Of a stretch of DNA of 64,000 nt, positions 30,637 to 38,839 are shown piece by piece. A program made the translations under genes and the position numbers. The notes beneath the pieces are model-generated. The model saw only the letters and a program-made list of their open reading frames with translations, was not told the DNA's origin and made no database searches. The DNA is from Gemmatimonadales bacterium (GTDB lineage Bacteria > Gemmatimonadota > Gemmatimonadetes > Gemmatimonadales > GWC2-71-9), in NCBI GenBank assembly GCA_013694695.1, contig JACDBX010000084.1:840-64839 (forward strand), read 5' to 3'. How positions within the stretch are numbered: the first letter of the stretch is position 1; every line of letters begins with the position of its first letter.

Positions 30637-30900
30637 TCAGGGAGCCGGTGGCGCGGTCCCCCGCCCGAGTGCGGGCGCATCCTGTCGCTCGGTGAGCATC
30701 CGCTCGGTGAACGCGAGGCGGTCCTCGACATCCGCGAGTCGGCTCTCAAGACTGTCGAGATGATCAAGGCGAGCCTGGGTATGGTCGCCCATCTCGACCT
30801 GGTATTGCCGCAACCGCCGTTGGCTCTGCATCAGCACGATCGCAACCCACACGGCGCCGGTCACGAACCCTGTGACGAGTGCCCAGATGATCAACGGCAT
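30637..30900 (-). CDS. Small membrane-anchored coiled-coil protein, hypothetical
   Basis: 87 aa with one N-terminal TM (LIIWALVTGFVTGAVWVAIVL) followed by a heptad-like charged helix (LDHLDSLESRLADVEDRLAFTERML). I recognise no family. Confidence 0.5.
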   Translation of the reverse strand: MPLIIWALVTGFVTGAVWVAIVLMQSQRRLRQYQVEMGDHTQARLDHLDSLESRLADVEDRLAFTERMLTERQDAPALGRGTAPPAP

Positions 30901-30935
30901 TGTTAACCCTCAGCGTATCGAGTGAGTGCCGGCGA

Positions 30936-32462
30936 TCACCGGCTGGACTTCCGCGGGACGCGCGTGTCGGCCATCGCCGCGTGGTACGCAAACGACGCCA
31001 TGATCACGGCGTTCTTCATCAGGTCTTCCGCCTGGATGGTGTCGAAGAAATCGAGGTTCGTGTGCCCGCCCTGACCCGGGGTGCGGTCCTGCAGGAACTG
31101 GAAGCCGGGTAGGCCCACCTCGTCGAAGGCGATGTGGTCGGTGCTCCCCACCCCCTGATTGGAGATGGTGGTCATCCCGAGGTCGCGGAATGGCTGCATC
31201 CAGGCAGCGAACATCGAGCGTGCCGCCTCGTTGCCCTGCAGATAGATCCCGCGGTACTGCCCCGACCCGTAGTCCTGGTTGAAGTACGCCGACAACCTGC
31301 CGTATCCGGGCCTGGGGTTGGCCTGGGTCCCGAAGTGGCTGGCCACGTACGCGCGTGACCCGAACAGGCCCTGTTCCTCGCCGCTCCACAGCGCCACGCG
31401 GACGGTCCGTCGCGGCTGGGCGCCGACCGCCTTGAGAATCCGCATCGCCTCGAGCACGACCGCCACACCCGACGTGTTGTCGCTCGCGTTGGGCGACGCG
31501 TGCCAGGTGTCGAAGTGCGCGCCGATCATCACCACCTCGCCCCGGAGGTCGGTACCGGCGATCTCCGCCGTCAGGTTGACCGCCGGCTCGACGGTCTCGC
31601 CGATCCGGTTGCGCACCTCGACCTCGACCGTCACCGCGATGTCCCGCTTCAGGATGCGGTACATCCGGTTGTAGTGCTCAGGGGTGACGGCGATGATCGT
31701 CGGGGACGCGAAGTTGCCGGCACGTGACCACTGGTCGCCCCGGGATCCGGGCCGCGAGAAGCCACGCACCGCGCCCAGCCACCCGCTCTCACTCTGGAGC
31801 ACGGCGATGACCCCCTCCGCGCGGAGGAACGTCATCCGCTCCTCCGCCGTCACGAGGTCGGGATTGCGCACTGTGCGCGCCGCCGCGGGCCGGGCGGGCG
31901 CGATTACCGTTTCCTCCAGCTCCTTGAGCTCCGCCTCGGTGCGTCGCGGGACCCCCCTCGTCATCGCGGCGATGTCGATCGTGGCGGGCGGCGTGGTGAG
32001 CGCGACCATGCCGCGGAGGGTGCCCCGCATCCGCTCCATGTCGGCGCGGGTGAGGATGTCGACGATCACCGCGCGCCCCGACTGGCGACCGTCGGTTCCC
32101 GGCGTGTGCGCAATCGGGTACGCCACCATCGGCGAGTAGTCGGGCTCGCGCATGTGCACCGACACATACTCGTTGTCCCACGTCACCCCAAATTCCATGA
32201 ACGGTTCGGCGACGATGTTCACGAGCCCGATGCGTGCCATCTCCGAGCGGGCCCATTCCTGGGCGCGCTGCATGTCCCGCGATAGAGTGAGCCGGGCGCC
32301 GAGGACGTCGGTCATGTAGCTCTCCAGGTCCATGACCCGGGAATGCTGGAGCCCCTCCTCGCGGATCCGGGCGACCATCTCGCGATCGACGGCCTGCGCG
32401 CCCATCGGAAAGGGCGCAACGCACAGCAGGGCAGCGACTGCCGGCAGGGTCAGGGTGCGCAC
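30936..32462 (-). CDS. Secreted M28-family aminopeptidase
   Basis: IGAHFDTWHASPNASDNTSGVAVVLE and LWSGEEQGLFGSRAYV (zinc ligand motifs). GTG at 32462 is preceded by AAGGAGG at 10 nt and gives the signal peptide VRTLTLPAVAALLCVAPFPMGAQA. Confidence 0.85.
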   Translation of the reverse strand: MRTLTLPAVAALLCVAPFPMGAQAVDREMVARIREEGLQHSRVMDLESYMTDVLGARLTLSRDMQRAQEWARSEMARIGLVNIVAEPFMEFGVTWDNEYVSVHMREPDYSPMVAYPIAHTPGTDGRQSGRAVIVDILTRADMERMRGTLRGMVALTTPPATIDIAAMTRGVPRRTEAELKELEETVIAPARPAAARTVRNPDLVTAEERMTFLRAEGVIAVLQSESGWLGAVRGFSRPGSRGDQWSRAGNFASPTIIAVTPEHYNRMYRILKRDIAVTVEVEVRNRIGETVEPAVNLTAEIAGTDLRGEVVMIGAHFDTWHASPNASDNTSGVAVVLEAMRILKAVGAQPRRTVRVALWSGEEQGLFGSRAYVASHFGTQANPRPGYGRLSAYFNQDYGSGQYRGIYLQGNEAARSMFAAWMQPFRDLGMTTISNQGVGSTDHIAFDEVGLPGFQFLQDRTPGQGGHTNLDFFDTIQAEDLMKNAVIMASFAYHAAMADTRVPRKSSR

Positions 32463-32532
32463 TATCGGGGTACCTCCTTGAAGAGCTACGTTTTCTGTGA
32501 GTTGAGTTGCCCCTGCATCCCTCGGAGGATCC

Positions 32533-33204
32533 ATGGTGCGGTCCCGCGCGATAATTGGCATGCGGTTCATCATCACGTTCGCGGCGTTTGTCACAGCGGG
32601 CCTGCCGCACGCGGCCCCGGCCCAGGCACCAATCTCTCAGGCGCCGGCGAGTGCCGCGGGACGCCCGCTGCTCATCACGGAGGGCACCTTCGGGCTCAGG
32701 CTCGCCGGCGGGATTGACGGTGAGGCCATTTACGACGGTTCGCCGCGGCGGAATATCACCGCCTCGGTCGGATTCGTCACGCCAGTCAGCGGGCGGTTCC
32801 GCTTGGGCGCGATCGCAACAGCCGGGCTGGAGTCGGAATTCTTCCTCGGTATCGGCCCCCGACTCCGGTGGGACGCAACACCGACTGTTTCCGTCGACGT
32901 CACCCCGCAGTATCTGGTGGGGAAAAGCGGGCCGGGGCCGAGCCGGCTCACCCTCGATCTGGCGGTGATGCACAAGGACCGTGTCGGCGGGAGCCTGCGA
33001 TTCGGATCGTTCCGGCACTTTGTCGCGGGGCCGGGATTTCCGGACCCATCCGAGTTCAGCGAGATCGACCGGACCGCGATCTTCGCCGGGCTTCGGTTCG
33101 GTCGCAAGCCGGGGCGCGCAGCGATCCTTGCGAGTGTCGTCGCACTCGCCGGAGTCATCGTCGTGTACATGATCGCCTGCAGTAACGGGTCGGGCTGCGG
33201 CTGA
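32533..33204 (+). CDS. Hypothetical exported beta-rich protein with a C-terminal TM anchor
   Basis: Signal peptide MVRSRAIIGMRFIITFAAFVTAGLPHAAPAQA, alternating-hydrophobicity strands, and a C-terminal helix AAILASVVALAGVIVVYMIAC ending in CSNGSGCG. GGAGGA lies upstream of the ATG. Confidence 0.5.
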   Translation: MVRSRAIIGMRFIITFAAFVTAGLPHAAPAQAPISQAPASAAGRPLLITEGTFGLRLAGGIDGEAIYDGSPRRNITASVGFVTPVSGRFRLGAIATAGLESEFFLGIGPRLRWDATPTVSVDVTPQYLVGKSGPGPSRLTLDLAVMHKDRVGGSLRFGSFRHFVAGPGFPDPSEFSEIDRTAIFAGLRFGRKPGRAAILASVVALAGVIVVYMIACSNGSGCG

Positions 33205-33226
33205 CGGTTAACACCCGTCGGCCCAG

Positions 33227-33508
33227 CTAGGGCGCCACCACCACTCCCTTCCAGAATGCGACGCGACCCCTGATTTCCCGCGCAGCATCGCTGGGCGCAG
33301 GGTAGAACCATGCCGCATTCTCATTGCGCTTTCCATCGACGTTCAGATGGCGGTATCTCGCCGTGCCCTTCCACGGGCACACCGAGGTGTGATCGCTCTC
33401 CTCGAAAAACTCGGCGTTGAGCGCGGCAGCGGGAAAATAGTGATTGCCCTCGACGACCACTGTGTCGTTCGATTCCGCGAGCGTCGCGCCGTTCCAGGTT
33501 GCCTTCAT
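33227..33508 (-). CDS. DUF427 domain protein
   Basis: The last 93 aa of the ORF: MKATWNGATLAESNDTVVVEGNHYFP...CPWKGTARY...AAWFYPAPSDAAREIRGRVAFW. ATG at 33508 has GGAGG 5 nt upstream. Confidence 0.8.
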   Translation of the reverse strand: MKATWNGATLAESNDTVVVEGNHYFPAAALNAEFFEESDHTSVCPWKGTARYRHLNVDGKRNENAAWFYPAPSDAAREIRGRVAFWKGVVVAP

Positions 33509-33533
33509 CGGTACCTCCGTGAGCCGCGAATGA

Positions 33534-33980
33534 TCAGGGAATGGCACGCATGCGCGTGAATGGAAATCCGTTGCACCCAGTGCGCGGCGTCTCGCGCCCA
33601 ACCGGCGGCGCGGCCAGGGCCGCTGCGGCTGACGCAGCCTGGTACGCGGTGTAGCAGTAACCCCATGTATAGGGCGCCTGCTGCGGCAACTCGATCCAGT
33701 CAATGCGCGTCCACCTGTTGCCATCGGTGGGGTTCGCCGGGTCGTTCTGCGCGATCGCGAACTTCCCCGTCGCATCCCACCGCACCACATGGTAACGCGC
33801 CGCCTGGCCCTGTTGCCACATCGAGTCGTCGATCGTGTACAGCTGCCCGTAGTCATCGACGAACGCGCCACGAACTATCGCAGGCGCTCGGCTGGTGATG
33901 GCGGTGCGGGGCTTGAGAGCGCACCCTGCGGCAACGAGACTCGCCAACGCGGCGAGAACTGCGCGCGATGCGAGATTCAT
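33534..33980 (-). CDS. Hypothetical lipoprotein
   Basis: MNLASRAVLAALASLVAAGCALKP (lipobox VAAGC). Its ATG overlaps the methyltransferase stop as ATGA. Confidence 0.6.
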   Translation of the reverse strand: MNLASRAVLAALASLVAAGCALKPRTAITSRAPAIVRGAFVDDYGQLYTIDDSMWQQGQAARYHVVRWDATGKFAIAQNDPANPTDGNRWTRIDWIELPQQAPYTWGYCYTAYQAASAAAALAAPPVGRETPRTGCNGFPFTRMRAIP

Positions 33981-34600
33981 GCGGCGGGCAGCCACGGTTC
34001 ACTGGTGATCTCCGTTCCGGCGCGGTAGGCGCGCACGCCAGTGCCCGTCCCGTGCAACAGCAGGAGGGCATCCGGGCGGCCATACTGCGCCATGAGGTCG
34101 TGCATCATCGAGGCCTCGCCGTCCCACGGATACCCGAACACGACATCGAAATCGTCCAGCGGTCGGTCGAGCACCTGATAGCCAGAGCGCCCTGCCCCCA
34201 CGGTGCCGGTGCGGGAGTCGCCATCGGGGCTGCGCCACCGATAACCATCCGGAAGAAAACTTCCGTGGGCGAACGTCGCGCCGGACTCGAAGCGCTCGGC
34301 GAGTGCGCGGGCCGAGCGCACCAGATCGGAGTCGAGCTCGATGCCAAAGGCATCGAAGCCGAGCAGGTCGGCCATCACCGTGATCACGCCGGTGGCGGAC
34401 CCCCACTCGAGGAACCGCAGTGGTCGTGCCCGGTAGGGCCAGAGTGCGGTCCGAACCACGTCATAATCGGCCGCGACAAAGGGGTGGAACGGCCGTTCGG
34501 TGTCGCCCGCCGAGAACGCCTCCCACATCTCCCAACCGGCGTCACACAGCGCGCTCACGCGGGCCGAACGCTGGAGGTCATCGGTTGGCAAAGTGCTCAT
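33977..34600 (-). CDS. Class I SAM-dependent methyltransferase (predicted)
   Basis: Motif I-like LEWGSATGVITVMADLLGFDAFGIELD and a post-I acidic residue pattern. Substrate unknown. Confidence 0.6.
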   Translation of the reverse strand: MSTLPTDDLQRSARVSALCDAGWEMWEAFSAGDTERPFHPFVAADYDVVRTALWPYRARPLRFLEWGSATGVITVMADLLGFDAFGIELDSDLVRSARALAERFESGATFAHGSFLPDGYRWRSPDGDSRTGTVGAGRSGYQVLDRPLDDFDVVFGYPWDGEASMMHDLMAQYGRPDALLLLHGTGTGVRAYRAGTEITSEPWLPAA

Positions 34601-34618
34601 ACCGATCTGGCGCCGCGA

Positions 34619-34981
34619 TCAGTCACTCTTGCGCCGCGTCTTCGCCCGCCCCGACTTCGCCCGCACCGCCACGTCAATCGCGTCAGCGACCCACGGCGCC
34701 AGCGCCTCGGCGTCCTCCAGGAGGTCGCCCCGAAGGGCGTAGTACTGCATCTGCTCCCCATCCGGCCCGAACGGGCGGAACGGCCTCATACCGATTTCCT
34801 CGAAGGCGGGGCGATTGGAGTCGTCAACCTTGAGGTAGACCTGGTCGCCGTCAATCAGCGCGAAGAACCGGTCGTCGGAGTAGACGCCGACCCCGCCGAA
34901 CATGCTGCGGGCCCGAATGGCCGGGGCCACCCGGCCGAGCTGTTCGAGCACGAAACTCCGGAACTCCGGACTAACAGGCAT
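34619..34981 (-). CDS. TfoX N-terminal-domain protein
   Basis: FVLEQLGRV...RSMFGGVGVYSDDRFFALIDGDQVYLKVD matches the TfoX_N pattern. 120 aa, with no TfoX C-terminal domain. Confidence 0.7.
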   Translation of the reverse strand: MPVSPEFRSFVLEQLGRVAPAIRARSMFGGVGVYSDDRFFALIDGDQVYLKVDDSNRPAFEEIGMRPFRPFGPDGEQMQYYALRGDLLEDAEALAPWVADAIDVAVRAKSGRAKTRRKSD

Positions 34982-35134
34982 GTAACCTCGACTTGACGTG
35001 CCACCGGCAGCCGCGTGAAAGTGCTACGACGAAACCTAGCGGGTCGGGTAGTGGGGCACATAAATGTTTACATCACAATCGCTTAGGGGTTTAGATATCA
35101 AGTTGTTTGTATTGGCCATAACGTCCAGCCGTGG

Positions 35135-35470
35135 ATGGGCAGTTCTTTCGCACTCGCATGGCACGAGGCACACCATCAGATCAAGATCCAGGAGGTCGAG
35201 GGAATCGGCGATGCCACCACGTCGATCGCGACGGCCGAACGCGAACTGGGCGTGCAATCAAAGATCGCGGGATTCGTCCTCCCCCTTGCCGCGACGATGA
35301 ACATGAACGGCACCGCGCTCTTCGAGGGCGTCACCGTCCTTTTCCTTGCGCAGGTGTTCGGCGTCCACCTCGACCTCGGTGCGCAGGTGTTCGTCGTCGT
35401 GCTCTCGGTTATGACCGCCATCGGTTGCGGCGGGTGTTCCGGGGGGATCGCCTCCATGCTTCATCGATGA
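35135..35470 (+). pseudogene. Remnant of a dicarboxylate/amino-acid:cation symporter (DAACS, GltP-like) gene, central ~90 codons only
   Basis: ELGVQSKIAGFVLPLAATMNMNGTALFEGVTVLFLAQVFGVHLDLGAQVFVVVLSVMTAIG corresponds to the HP2/TM8 region of GltP-type carriers (~420 aa). The conserved AGVPG loop reads CGGCSGG and a stop follows. No N-terminal two-thirds or C-terminus is present. Confidence 0.7.
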
Positions 35471-35524
35471 CCGCACCAGTTTGGATCTTGTAGTTCGCTC
35501 TCTCCTTGCAACCCAGGGCTTCCG

Positions 35525-36265
35525 ATGCAACGCCTGACTAGTGCCCGCTGGATCGCTGCAGGCCTCGCCCTGCTCGCCGCTATGGTGCTCTTCATGGCCG
35601 GGGCTGGCACCAAGGTCGGGCTCTGGGACTTCCGAACAGGTTTGGGGATGCTGAAATGGGCGGCATACCTCGGCGTGGCGGCGGCAGTGGCGTCGTTGGC
35701 GCTGCTGGCGGTGTTGCGGCCGCACGGTCGCGTACTCGGTCTGCTCCTGGTTTCCACGATCGTGGGGCTCGCGGTCATTGCCCTGCCGTGGCAGTGGCGC
35801 CGCATCGCCCGCGCCGCCCCGCCGATCCACGACATCACCACCGACCTCGGCAACCCGCCAGCATTCGAGGCGATCCTGCCTCTCCGAGCCGACGCACCCA
35901 ATCCGGCGGAGTACGGCGGTCCGGAAGTGGCCGCGCAACAGCGGGCAGCCTATCCCGAGATCGCTCCGGTATTCGTCGACGCGTCACCGGGCACCGCATT
36001 CCAACGCTCACTCGACGCGGCGCGCGGGATGGGCTGGGAGATCGTCACCGCCGACTCGGCGCGCGGTCGCATCGAGGCGGTCGCCACGACGCGGTGGTTC
36101 GGTTTCAAGGACGACGTGGTCATTCGGGTCGCGCAGGATGGCAGTCGGGCGCGGATCGACGTCCGATCGGTGTCACGCGTTGGCGGAAGCGATGTGGGAA
36201 CCAACGCCCGCCGCATCCGCGATTTCATCGAGCGGGTCCACGCAGCGGCACCCGCCGAGTCCTGA
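35525..36265 (+). CDS. DUF1499 family membrane protein
   Basis: Three N-terminal TM helices, then PPIHDITTDLGNPPAF and WFGFKDDVVIRV...IDVRSVSRVGGSDVGTNARRIRDF, typical of DUF1499. Confidence 0.75.
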   Translation: MQRLTSARWIAAGLALLAAMVLFMAGAGTKVGLWDFRTGLGMLKWAAYLGVAAAVASLALLAVLRPHGRVLGLLLVSTIVGLAVIALPWQWRRIARAAPPIHDITTDLGNPPAFEAILPLRADAPNPAEYGGPEVAAQQRAAYPEIAPVFVDASPGTAFQRSLDAARGMGWEIVTADSARGRIEAVATTRWFGFKDDVVIRVAQDGSRARIDVRSVSRVGGSDVGTNARRIRDFIERVHAAAPAES

Positions 36266-36295
36266 GTCTGGCGGGTTGCGCGCTGGTGCGATCAG

Positions 36296-36676
36296 TCAGA
36301 TGTGCTGGTCGATCAGGATGACGTTGCCGTCGGGATCCTCCAGCGTGATGCTGGCGGGTCCTGCCGTGCCCTCGTCGGCTGCAGTGAGCAACGCAATCCC
36401 ATCGGCGCGCAGTCGTTGCTGGATCGATCGAACGTCGGTGAACACAGACACCGGTTGCGCATCGCTGTCCCAGCCCGGATTGAACGTCAGGATGTTGCCC
36501 TCGAACATCCCGTGGAAGAGCCCGACGACGGTCGTCCCCGCCTTCATGATCGCCCAGCCGTTCGCCGGTTCACCGCCAAACAGCGTGAAGCCCAGCTTTT
36601 CGTAGAAGGCCTGCGACACCGGCAAGTCCCTGACGGCGAGGCTGATGGAAAAGGCTCCGAGTTCCATGGTATACAT
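36296..36676 (-). CDS. VOC/glyoxalase-family protein
   Basis: ISLAVRDLPVSQAFYEKLGF...ITLEDPDGNVILIDQ. Start could be ATG at 36676 or 36667. Confidence 0.8.
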   Translation of the reverse strand: MYTMELGAFSISLAVRDLPVSQAFYEKLGFTLFGGEPANGWAIMKAGTTVVGLFHGMFEGNILTFNPGWDSDAQPVSVFTDVRSIQQRLRADGIALLTAADEGTAGPASITLEDPDGNVILIDQHI

Positions 36677-36733
36677 CCGGGGTGAGGTTTTGAAGGATTG
36701 GGTGGTGTCGCACGTTCAGCGGTCGTGATTGAA

Positions 36734-38839
36734 TCAACTACCTCGCGCCGCCGTGGTCGCACCCTGCACGGCCCGCGTTGCCGCCTCGACACGCTGGGTG
36801 AGATCCCGGGTCTCGGCGCGCGCCCGCTCGACATCGTGATCACGCATTGCCTCGGCGATGCCGGGCAGCGCGACGTTCGCATATCCGTTGTCGCGGTCAG
36901 CGGCGAAGATCAGGTTCCGCAATCCTGGCCGCCCCACGAGGCCACTCGGGCGGATCAATTGCCGCTCCACCGACCGCAGCGCAGCGTTCACTTGCGCCAA
37001 CGGCATCGTATCGCCCGCCGCAAGTCTTGAGTCGCGCGTCTCGTTGAACTTCTCCCCTGCCCGGGCGAGGTCCGCCGCAGCGCGGGACAGGTCCTCGAGC
37101 TCCGGTTTGATCGAGGCCGCGGCGGTATCCCGCCCGACCCGTTCGGTGAGCTCGCCGAGATGACGGCCGAGTGCGTGATAGTCGAGCGCAACCACATCAG
37201 CATTGGCCAGGCGAGCGAGCAGCACCGCTGCGAGGCGACCGGCGGCCGCATGGCTCAGATATCCGGGGTCTCCGAACTTCTCCATCCAGCTCCAGGTGTC
37301 GTACGCGGAGTGGTAGACGCCACCTGGACCACCGAAGCCGAAATCGAAAGAGGGGATGCCGAGCCCATTGTAGAAGGGCCCGAAATCAGAGCCACCACCG
37401 AGGTCGCCCATTGGCGGGACCGGTCGCTGGGAAGTGACCGTGCGACGCTCCCAGTCGCGGTACACCGAGACGCTATCGCCCGGTTGCTGGACGGTCTTCG
37501 TTGCCTCGCGCATCAGGCCCTGCAGCGACGCAGTACCGCTCGACCCGAACATGCGTCCCGCTGCCGACACGTCGACGTTGAGGTACGCGACCGCCTGCGC
37601 ACTGAGTGCATCGCGCATCAGTTCCGTCCACTCGGTCGAGCCAACCAAGCCCCATTCCTCGGCGTCCCACGTGGCGAAGACCAGGGTGCGTCGCGGACGT
37701 TCCCCGCGCGCCAGCGCCTCGCCCCACGCGCGGGCCGCCTCAAGGATCGTGACCACGCCCGATACGTTGTCCGCGGCGCCGGGTCCCCAGGCATCACGAT
37801 GGCCGCCGACGATCACCAGTTCATCCGGGAACTCGCCACCACGTATCGTGCCCATCGTGTTGTAAATCGCCTTGAACGCGCGATCGCCGCGCTCCGGAAA
37901 AACCGCGACGCGCACGCGGACGGCGCCATTGCCCACGTGGTAGCGGAACGGCAGCCCGCCCTGCCAACCGGACGGCACCGACGCGCCGTCGAGCCCGGCC
38001 AGCAGGAGCTCGGCATTGCCATACGACATCGGGACAACCGGAATTTTCGGGACGGCGAGCGAGTCGAATGGAAGGCGGCGAGCATCGACCGTGGACGGCC
38101 ATCCCGGGGTCGTGGGATCGCCCTGCCTGTTGAAGATCGACCCGCGCTGCACCCCTTGCGGCGGCCGCATCGGGCCGGCCGGGTATACGTCGCCCTGCGC
38201 GAAGCCGTCGTCGAGCGGGTCGCTGTAGATGATCAACGCCGCCGCACCATGGAGCTCGGCCTCGCGAGCCTTGATGCCGCGGAATGATCGACCGTAGCGG
38301 GCGATGGCAACGCGGCCCGCGACGCGCACGCCCATCGAGTCGAGAGCCGCGTAGTCACTCGGCAAGCCGTAATTGACATACACCAGGGGGGCGGTCACGT
38401 CACCCGCACCCGAGTTGCCGTTCATCGCAACCCAGCGTCGTTGCGCCGTGGTGGGATCGCCCGGGACCGGTGGTTCGTCGAGGTTGAGCCGCACCCGCCC
38501 TGGGGCGATGCGCTCGACGATGGTCGAGTCGTGAAAGGGGAGATAGACCCGGAACGGCACTCGCATCGTGTCGAGACCCCAGCCATGCATCTGCCGCAGC
38601 ACGTAATCGGCAGTGGCCGTCTGCGCCGGGGTGCCCGCGACATGCGGTGCGCCCGCGAGGACTCGCGCGTGTCGCCGCGCCGAGGCGGTGTCGGGCACCG
38701 CCTGGAGCGCAGCCTCGAGCCGGCGCTCGGCTACGACATGGGTCGCCGCGAACCCCGTGATACGATCCTGCGCGACGAGCATGCTCGCCGCGCAGGGGGA
38801 AAGGATGGACAGGAGCGTCAGGTTGCGAACAACTGTCAC
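36734..38839 (-). CDS. Secreted PA-domain M28 peptidase with transferrin-receptor-like dimerisation domain (glutamate carboxypeptidase II-like)
   Basis: GGHRDAWGPGAADNVSG and ATWDAEEWGLVGSTEW closely mirror GCPII/NAALADase zinc motifs. There is a PA-like insert (RVAIARYGRSFRGIKA), a helical C-terminal domain, and the signal peptide MTVVRNLTLLSILSPCAASMLVAQ. Confidence 0.85.
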   Translation of the reverse strand: MTVVRNLTLLSILSPCAASMLVAQDRITGFAATHVVAERRLEAALQAVPDTASARRHARVLAGAPHVAGTPAQTATADYVLRQMHGWGLDTMRVPFRVYLPFHDSTIVERIAPGRVRLNLDEPPVPGDPTTAQRRWVAMNGNSGAGDVTAPLVYVNYGLPSDYAALDSMGVRVAGRVAIARYGRSFRGIKAREAELHGAAALIIYSDPLDDGFAQGDVYPAGPMRPPQGVQRGSIFNRQGDPTTPGWPSTVDARRLPFDSLAVPKIPVVPMSYGNAELLLAGLDGASVPSGWQGGLPFRYHVGNGAVRVRVAVFPERGDRAFKAIYNTMGTIRGGEFPDELVIVGGHRDAWGPGAADNVSGVVTILEAARAWGEALARGERPRRTLVFATWDAEEWGLVGSTEWTELMRDALSAQAVAYLNVDVSAAGRMFGSSGTASLQGLMREATKTVQQPGDSVSVYRDWERRTVTSQRPVPPMGDLGGGSDFGPFYNGLGIPSFDFGFGGPGGVYHSAYDTWSWMEKFGDPGYLSHAAAGRLAAVLLARLANADVVALDYHALGRHLGELTERVGRDTAAASIKPELEDLSRAAADLARAGEKFNETRDSRLAAGDTMPLAQVNAALRSVERQLIRPSGLVGRPGLRNLIFAADRDNGYANVALPGIAEAMRDHDVERARAETRDLTQRVEAATRAVQGATTAARGS

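Noticed and set aside
35258-35938. 226-aa minus-strand ORF overlapping the DUF1499 gene
   Set aside because: The plus-strand frame carries clear DUF1499 motifs and TM helices, while the minus frame is Arg/Gly-rich with no features.
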